From positions 743,154 to 783,153 of the forward strand of contig NC_013851.1 of assembly GCF_000025485.1 (NCBI RefSeq): a stretch of DNA of 40,000 nucleotides, read 5' to 3'. The number at the start of each line of letters is the position of its first letter. The stretch's first letter is position 1. The notes under the pieces were generated by a model, which did not search any database, had not been told where the DNA came from, and worked only from the letters and a program-made list of their open reading frames with translations. The stretch is from Allochromatium vinosum DSM 180. GTDB taxonomy: Bacteria > Pseudomonadota > Gammaproteobacteria > Chromatiales > Chromatiaceae. The translations under genes were made by a program, and so were the position numbers. This document shows positions 36,726 to 40,000 of the stretch, piece after piece.

Positions 36726-38036
36726 ATGTCTTTTAGTATCGGGTTGAGTGGCCTGCAAGCCGCTGCAAAAGATCTCGAAGTCACCGGCAACAATGTCGCC
36801 AACTCCGGCACCATTGGTTTCAAAAAGTCGCGCGCAGAGTTTGCCGATATCTACGCCTCTTCTTTCTACACCTGCGTCAATAAATCGGCTGTCGGTGTCC
36901 GATTGGATGCGGTGACTCAGCAGTTTTCTCAGGGGAATGTCGAGCTGACTGACAATACACTCGATCTAGCCATCAATGGTGAAGGTTTTTTCGTTTTGAA
37001 CAGTGAAGCTGGCCAGGATGGAAAGGTGTATACGCGCAATGGCGCCTTTCAGGTCGATCGAGATGGCTATGTCGTCAACTCTTCAGGACAGCGCTTGCAA
37101 GCCTATCCGCCGACGACGCCCAATAGCGCTGTATCCGCATTCGATACCGGAAAGCTGGAAGACATTCAGTTGCCGTTGGACAATATGGCGCCGAAGGCCA
37201 CGACGGAGGTCGAGTTACAGGTCAATCTCAATTCCGATGAAACAGTTATAACCGGAACGACTCCTCCAGGGCCGGCATTTGCATTTCCAACGGCCCCGGC
37301 TACTGATGTTGATCCCACGAGTTATAACTGGTCGACAACTTATCAGGTCTACGACTCTCTGGGCAAACCCCGAGATGTGACTATGTATTTTGTCAAAACC
37401 GCTCCAGACAACTGGGCGGTCCATGTTGGCATGCGTGATTCGGCTGGCGTCATGCAGGACGTAGGCGGCGGCACAAATACAGCTATCTTCACGGCCGCCG
37501 GTGTATTTGATACCGCCACCTCGACTCCAAATCCAATTGCTGTCTCAGTGGGGCCATTTTTGACTCCACCGGATGACAATGGGGCTGGGGCTTTGGCGTT
37601 CTCCATCGATATGTCGAATTCGACCCAATATCACAATTCCAGGAACAACCTCAATGATGTGACTCAGGATGGTTATACCAGCGGCACGCTCAGCGGATTC
37701 GATGTCGATGCCGACGGGGCCATCTTTTCTCGCTACTCGAATGGTAAGTCCTATGTTTTAGGGCAGGTGGCGATGGCGAATTTCAAGAACCCTCAGGGTC
37801 TACAGCAACTCGGCGATAACAATTGGGGCGAAAGCTACAATTCTGGCGAGCCTATCTATGCGGCGGCTGGGGACGGGCGGTTGGGCAGCATCCAGTCCTG
37901 TGCGCTCGAAAATTCCAATGTCGATCTCAGTCAGGAACTGGTCAATATGATCACGGCTCAGCGCAATTATGAAGCCAACGCCAAAACCATTTCGACATCT
38001 GATCAGATGACCCAGACCATTCTCAATATCCGTTGA
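36726..38036 (+). CDS. flgE: Flagellar hook protein FlgE
   Basis: 436 aa. N-terminal MSFSIGLSGLQAAAKDLEVTGNNVANSGTIGFK and the C-terminal LENSNVDLSQELVNMITAQRNYEANAK rod/hook motifs. Confidence 0.95.
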   Translation: MSFSIGLSGLQAAAKDLEVTGNNVANSGTIGFKKSRAEFADIYASSFYTCVNKSAVGVRLDAVTQQFSQGNVELTDNTLDLAINGEGFFVLNSEAGQDGKVYTRNGAFQVDRDGYVVNSSGQRLQAYPPTTPNSAVSAFDTGKLEDIQLPLDNMAPKATTEVELQVNLNSDETVITGTTPPGPAFAFPTAPATDVDPTSYNWSTTYQVYDSLGKPRDVTMYFVKTAPDNWAVHVGMRDSAGVMQDVGGGTNTAIFTAAGVFDTATSTPNPIAVSVGPFLTPPDDNGAGALAFSIDMSNSTQYHNSRNNLNDVTQDGYTSGTLSGFDVDADGAIFSRYSNGKSYVLGQVAMANFKNPQGLQQLGDNNWGESYNSGEPIYAAAGDGRLGSIQSCALENSNVDLSQELVNMITAQRNYEANAKTISTSDQMTQTILNIR

Positions 38037-38062
38037 TATAGCGATCGTGCGGAGGCTGAACC

Positions 38063-38803
38063 ATGGACCGTTTTCTCTATCTCGCAATGTCCGGCGCCAA
38101 AGAGACGGCCTATGCGCAGTCGATCAACAACCACAACCTGGCCAATGCCAACACGACGGGTTTTCGTCAGGCACTGGCCTACGCCTACACCGCACCGGTG
38201 CGCGGTCCCGTCTACGACTCGCGCGACTATGTGCAGGTCGGCAATCAGGTTCTCGATTTCTGTCCGGGAACGCTCCAGTCGACGGAACGGGATCTCGATG
38301 TCGCCATCCAGGGCGAGGGCTTTCTCGTGGTCCAGACCGAGGATGGCGGCGAGGCCTATACCCGAGCCGGCAATCTGCAGATCGACGCTACGGGGGTGCT
38401 GCGCAATGAACGCGGGCTGGCGGTGCTCGGCGATGGCGGCCCGATCACTATTCCGGAGTACGAGAGCCTGAGCATCGGTACGGATGGCACCATCACCATC
38501 CGGCCCGCAGGGGCCGCGCCCAACGCGCTGGCGGCCGTCGATCGGTTGCGATTGGTCAATCCGGATACCCAGAATCTGCTGCGCGGTGAAGATGGCCTGA
38601 TCCGTGCTCAAGATGGAGAGCCGGCCGTGGCGGACGCCGGTGTTCGCGTCATCAGCGGCATGCTGGAGACGAGCAATGTCAACACCGTAGCCTCGCTGAC
38701 CCGAATGATCGAGCTGTCGCGTGCCTTCGAGACCCATATCAAGATGATGGAAACCGCCAGTAGCAACGAGAAGAATCACAACCGCCTCCTGGCGATCAGT
38801 TGA
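38063..38803 (+). CDS. flgF: Flagellar basal-body rod protein FlgF
   Basis: 246 aa. MDRFLYLAMSGAKE..NNLANANTTGFR and the C-terminal [16 protein letters not shown]. Confidence 0.93.
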   Translation: MDRFLYLAMSGAKETAYAQSINNHNLANANTTGFRQALAYAYTAPVRGPVYDSRDYVQVGNQVLDFCPGTLQSTERDLDVAIQGEGFLVVQTEDGGEAYTRAGNLQIDATGVLRNERGLAVLGDGGPITIPEYESLSIGTDGTITIRPAGAAPNALAAVDRLRLVNPDTQNLLRGEDGLIRAQDGEPAVADAGVRVISGMLETSNVNTVASLTRMIELSRAFETHIKMMETASSNEKNHNRLLAIS

Positions 38804-38830
38804 ATCTGGCGGAGCCTTTGGGAGCAGATC

Positions 38831-39622
38831 ATGAATCAAGCGCTTTGGATCGCCAAGACCGGGCTCGACGCTCAGCAGACCCGGATGTCCGTGGTCTCCA
38901 ACAATCTGGCCAACGTCAACACCACAGGTTTCAAGAAGGGGCGCGCCGTCTTCGAGGATCTGATCTATCACAGCTGCCGCCAGCATGGCGCCCAGGCCAC
39001 TCAGGAGACGCAGCTTCCATCCGGGTTGACGATCGGCACGGGCGTGCGCACCGTGGCGACTCAGAAGCTGTTTGCACAGGGCAATTACATTCAGACTGGC
39101 AACTCGCTCGATATGGCCATCGAGGGTCAAGGCTTCTTTCAGATCCTGATGCCGGGTGGCGAGATTGGTTACACCCGCGATGGGAGCTTTCAGCTCAATG
39201 CCGATGGCGAGGTGGTGATGTCCAATGGCTATGCCTTGCAGCCGGCTCTCGTTATCCCGGCAGATGCCGAGAGCATCACGATCGGCAAGGACGGCACCGT
39301 CTCGATCAAGCAGCCGAATCAGGTCGGCGAGGTTCAGATAGGCCAGATCCAGCTGGCCAACTTCATCAACCCGGCCGGCCTGCAACCGATCGGCGAGAAC
39401 CTCTTTCGCGAAACGACGGCCTCCGGGGCTCCTCAACAGTCCAACCCGGGTGAGAATGGCTTCGGAAGTCTGGTGCAGTGCTCGCTCGAGACCAGCAACG
39501 TCAACATGGCTGAAGAGCTGGTCAATATGATCGAGACCCAGCGCGCCTATGAGGTCAACTCCAAGGCGATCTCCGCCGCTGACTCGATGCTCCAGTTCGT
39601 CAATAACAATCTGGCGCGTTGA
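38831..39622 (+). CDS. flgG: Flagellar distal rod protein FlgG
   Basis: 263 aa. [33 protein letters not shown] .. [29 protein letters not shown]. Confidence 0.96.
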   Translation: MNQALWIAKTGLDAQQTRMSVVSNNLANVNTTGFKKGRAVFEDLIYHSCRQHGAQATQETQLPSGLTIGTGVRTVATQKLFAQGNYIQTGNSLDMAIEGQGFFQILMPGGEIGYTRDGSFQLNADGEVVMSNGYALQPALVIPADAESITIGKDGTVSIKQPNQVGEVQIGQIQLANFINPAGLQPIGENLFRETTASGAPQQSNPGENGFGSLVQCSLETSNVNMAEELVNMIETQRAYEVNSKAISAADSMLQFVNNNLAR

Positions 39623-39777
39623 TCCTGGCTGATTGGTGCGATTGCTGCTTGTCTGATACTGAGCCAGCCATCAAGGCGTCGGATCATCGACGCGGTCTGG
39701 TGTCGATCATCCGGCTGACCAACTGTCGTCGCGATCATGATCGGGCCCCAAGGTTCAACACGAGTCGCTGGAAACCC

Positions 39778-40000
39778 ATGAACCCTTACTCGAAAACACT
39801 GAGTAGCCTGCTGGTCGCTTTCGCGCTCTCCGGCTGCGCTACCCTCAATCCGCCCAAACCAGGCGATTCAGCGGAATATCGCCCGGTCGCGCCGCTCGAG
39901 CCGCGTCCGGCGTCCGCCAACAATGGCGCGATCTTTCAGCCGGCGCTCGGTGCGGCCCTGTTCGAAGATCGCAAGGCTCTGCGCGTCGGCGATCTGGTGA
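39778..40000 (+). CDS. flgH: Flagellar L-ring lipoprotein FlgH (5' part, runs off the window)
   Basis: ATG 39778. MNPYSKTLSSLLVAFALSGCA lipobox, then ..NNGAIFQPALGAALFEDRKALRVGDLV typical of FlgH. Not in the ORF track because no stop lies within the window. Confidence 0.85.
   Translation, partial: MNPYSKTLSSLLVAFALSGCATLNPPKPGDSAEYRPVAPLEPRPASANNGAIFQPALGAALFEDRKALRVGDLV

Overview
GC-rich proteobacterial chromosomal window; the gene order looks gammaproteobacterial, but I cannot name the taxon from sequence alone. Left (1-8061): TrpB2-like enzyme, pepA, lptG, an RDD membrane protein and a PAS histidine kinase / FixJ-type regulator pair. Accessory block (8085-28400): a TonB-dependent receptor gene destroyed three times (IS4-family insertion with a 7-bp target duplication, a TnpA-less IscB/omega-RNA element, and a frameshift). 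It is followed by a 92-repeat type I-E CRISPR array, its leader, and a complete minus-strand I-E operon: cas3, cas8e (frameshifted), cse2, cas7e, cas5e, cas6e, hicA remnant + hicB, cas1, cas2. Right (28652-40000): murI and a flagellar/chemotaxis cluster (flhB-like, fliK, flgN, flgM, flgA, cheV, cheR, flgBCDEFG, partial flgH) with readable sigma-28 and sigma-54 promoters. The main candidate system is in the cas3-cas8e gap. An inverted, degenerate two-repeat mini-CRISPR (29-32-29 nt) lies there on the plus strand. The first 11 nt of its 32-nt pseudo-spacer match a site preceded by an AAG PAM, except at the non-pairing position 6. That site overlaps the -35 box of a near-consensus promoter driving a 49-codon hydrophobic peptide ORF and the Cascade genes. 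This looks like a CreTA/CreR-type CRISPR-repressed module, possibly with a peptide-type toxin. Overlapping spacers in the main array independently show that AAG is the PAM and carry a seed-escape/priming signature.
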